This document shows positions 30,459 to 32,000 of a stretch of 32,000 nucleotides of DNA, piece after piece. Each line of letters begins with the position of its first letter. Within the stretch, counting starts at the first letter, position 1. Source of the DNA: Ktedonobacterales bacterium (GTDB taxonomy: Bacteria; Chloroflexota; Ktedonobacteria; Ktedonobacterales; JADMIN01); the NCBI GenBank assembly GCA_030167145.1, contig CP126532.1:4500001-4532000 (forward strand), given 5' to 3'. Both the position numbers and the translations under genes were made by a program. The notes below the pieces were generated by a model, which worked only from the letters and a program-made list of their open reading frames with translations, was not told the origin of the DNA and made no database searches.

Positions 30459-30730
30459 CCGAACGGCATATGCCCTTTCACTTTGATACAGTGCTTGGAC
30501 TGCCGCATCCGCGAGAAGAGGGCTGCGGCGCATGGGCCTGACACATTGGCAAGGACCAGTTCAAGAGCCGTTCACAGGTGACCTGCACTAACGTGCGGGC
30601 TACGCACGATGTGCCATGCGTGCGACGGCGTCTGCGTCGTATCATCGTCTCGTGCAAGCCATGCCGTCGCGACAGATCTCGTGGGGGCACCGCCCGCGAC
30701 GCATACGACACGCTCGCGAGGAGAAACGCA

Positions 30731-31330
30731 ATGAGTGACTACTCGATTGTGAAGTTCCTGCATGTCAGTGGGGCCATTGGCTACTTCGTCGCTCTTGGCA
30801 TCTTGCTCTTCGGGCTGGCGGCGCTCCGGCGCGCGCGGTCTGTCGAGCAGGTACGGATGCTCACCGAGCTTGTCGGGCGGGTGATACCTCTCTTCAACTT
30901 CAGCATCCTGCTCCTGCTGGCCGCCGGACTCTACATGACCTTCACTTTCTGGAGTCTTCAGACGGGCTGGATCGCTGTCGCCCTCGTGAGCCTGGTGGTC
31001 CTCGTGCCCGTCGCCGCGATGACCGTCCAATCTCGCATGCGTATCATCGCCCGGCTTGCGCACGAGGCGCCCGATGGGCCGCTGCCCCCAGAGGTCCTCG
31101 CGCGCACCCACGATCCGGTCTTACTGACCACACCGCAGACAGCGATGGCGCTGCTGCTGGGCATCGTCTTCCTGATGACCAACAAACCGTCGCTCCCTGT
31201 GGCGCTCCTCGTGATGGCGCTCGCGCTGCTCCTCGGGTTGGCTTCAAGCGTACTCGTGGTTCGTACAATGGGCGCCTTCAGCCAGGAGGTGGCCGCTGAC
31301 GCAGCCCGCACCAGTGAGCCAGCGGGGTAG
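30731..31330 (+). CDS. Integral membrane protein, DUF2269-like (4 predicted helices)
   Basis: ATG at 30731 has GAGGAG 7 nt upstream. Hydrophobic helices: FLHVSGAIGYFVALGILLFGL, FNFSILLLLAAGLYMTF, WIAVALVSLVVLVPVAA, ALLLGIVFL...ALLVMALALLLGL. The family name is a recollection and has not been verified. Confidence 0.65.
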   Translation: MSDYSIVKFLHVSGAIGYFVALGILLFGLAALRRARSVEQVRMLTELVGRVIPLFNFSILLLLAAGLYMTFTFWSLQTGWIAVALVSLVVLVPVAAMTVQSRMRIIARLAHEAPDGPLPPEVLARTHDPVLLTTPQTAMALLLGIVFLMTNKPSLPVALLVMALALLLGLASSVLVVRTMGAFSQEVAADAARTSEPAG

Positions 31331-31350
31331 CTGACCAACCTGGCACTTCG

Positions 31351-32000
31351 TCAACGCGGCTGCATGCGAATCGCGCCATCCAAGCGGATCACCTCGCCGT
31401 TGAGCATCTCGTTCTCGATGATGTGGCGGGCGAGCGCGGCGTATTCGTCCGGGCGGCCCAGCCGCGAGGGGAAGGGCACCTGCTGCGCGAGGGATTGGCG
31501 CGCGGGTTCGGGCAGACCGGCCATCATGGGGGTGTCGAAGATGCCCGGCGCGATGGTCATCACCCGGATGCCGTTACGGGCGAACTCACGCGCGACGGGC
31601 AGCGTCATCGCGGCGACGCCGCCCTTGGATGCGCTGTAGGCGGCCTGGCCGATCTGGCCGTCAAAGGCGGCGACCGAAGCGGTGTTGACGATGACACCGC
31701 GCTCGCCAGCGGCATTCGGCTCGTTCTCGGCCATCGCTGCGCCCGCCAGCCGGATGACGTTGAAGGTGCCAATCAGGTTGACCTGGATCACTTTGGCGAA
31801 GGCGTCGAGCGGATGCGGGCCGTTCTTGCCGACGACGCGCTCGGCGATGGCGATGCCCGCGCAGTTGATCGCGCAGTTCAGCGCGCCGAATGTATCACGG
31901 GCGGTGTTGATGGCCTGGCGCACGCTGTCCTCGCTGGTCACGTCGGTCTGAGCGAAGCGCACGTTGCCGCCAAGCTCACTTGCGAGCGCTTCGCCGGTGG
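31351..32000 (-). CDS. SDR family oxidoreductase, HSD10/3-hydroxyacyl-CoA dehydrogenase-like (5' end beyond the right edge)
   Basis: Catalytic [37 protein letters not shown]. The reading frame stays open from 31962 to the window end (..[20 protein letters not shown]), so the N-terminus is missing. Confidence 0.85.
   Translation of the reverse strand, partial: TGEALASELGGNVRFAQTDVTSEDSVRQAINTARDTFGALNCAINCAGIAIAERVVGKNGPHPLDAFAKVIQVNLIGTFNVIRLAGAAMAENEPNAAGERGVIVNTASVAAFDGQIGQAAYSASKGGVAAMTLPVAREFARNGIRVMTIAPGIFDTPMMAGLPEPARQSLAQQVPFPSRLGRPDEYAALARHIIENEMLNGEVIRLDGAIRMQPR

Overview
High-GC bacterial chromosomal window with about 27 CDS on both strands, two of them cut by the window edges. Gene content suggests a Chloroflexota-like or other Terrabacteria genome, but that is only a guess.

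Recognisable genes:
- folD plus an FTCD_C-type cyclohydrolase, and endonuclease III
- a Uma2 nuclease
- a HEPN protein coupled to a leaderless BtuF-like binding protein
- glyQS
- a fused E1 alpha/beta TPP dehydrogenase and an APH-type kinase
- a translationally coupled pair: a REC-TrxR-like flavoprotein and a cNMP-domain histidine kinase
- a GNAT, birA, a J-domain/TM/zincin fusion and a SAM methyltransferase
- a degenerate LytM/M23 protein, an alpha/beta hydrolase and an HTH-WYL regulator
- an aminotransferase-mmsA-ALDH catabolic cluster and an isoaspartyl peptidase
- valS with a clear T-box leader
- a DUF2269-like membrane protein and an SDR

I saw no rRNA, tRNA, transposase, integrase, cas genes or canonical defence operon.

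The one thing the gene map does not explain is a non-coding block of about 0.9 kb at roughly 25045-25915. It is strand-asymmetric and hierarchically repeated, and it lies between the divergent aminotransferase operon and the isoaspartyl peptidase gene. It contains about 24 copies of a 9-nt motif. It also holds three composite units with conserved flanks in a fixed 33-nt register around a divergent 27-nt core. The reverse strand has no stop codon in any frame for 968 nt. I could not assign it to any repeat family I know.

Secondary points of interest:
- the enzymatic-output two-component pair
- the J-domain/zincin fusion
- a promoter-to-terminator structured element upstream of birA
- a short terminator-containing glyQS leader without T-box motifs

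All calls come from reading the sequence and the ORF track. No database search was possible.
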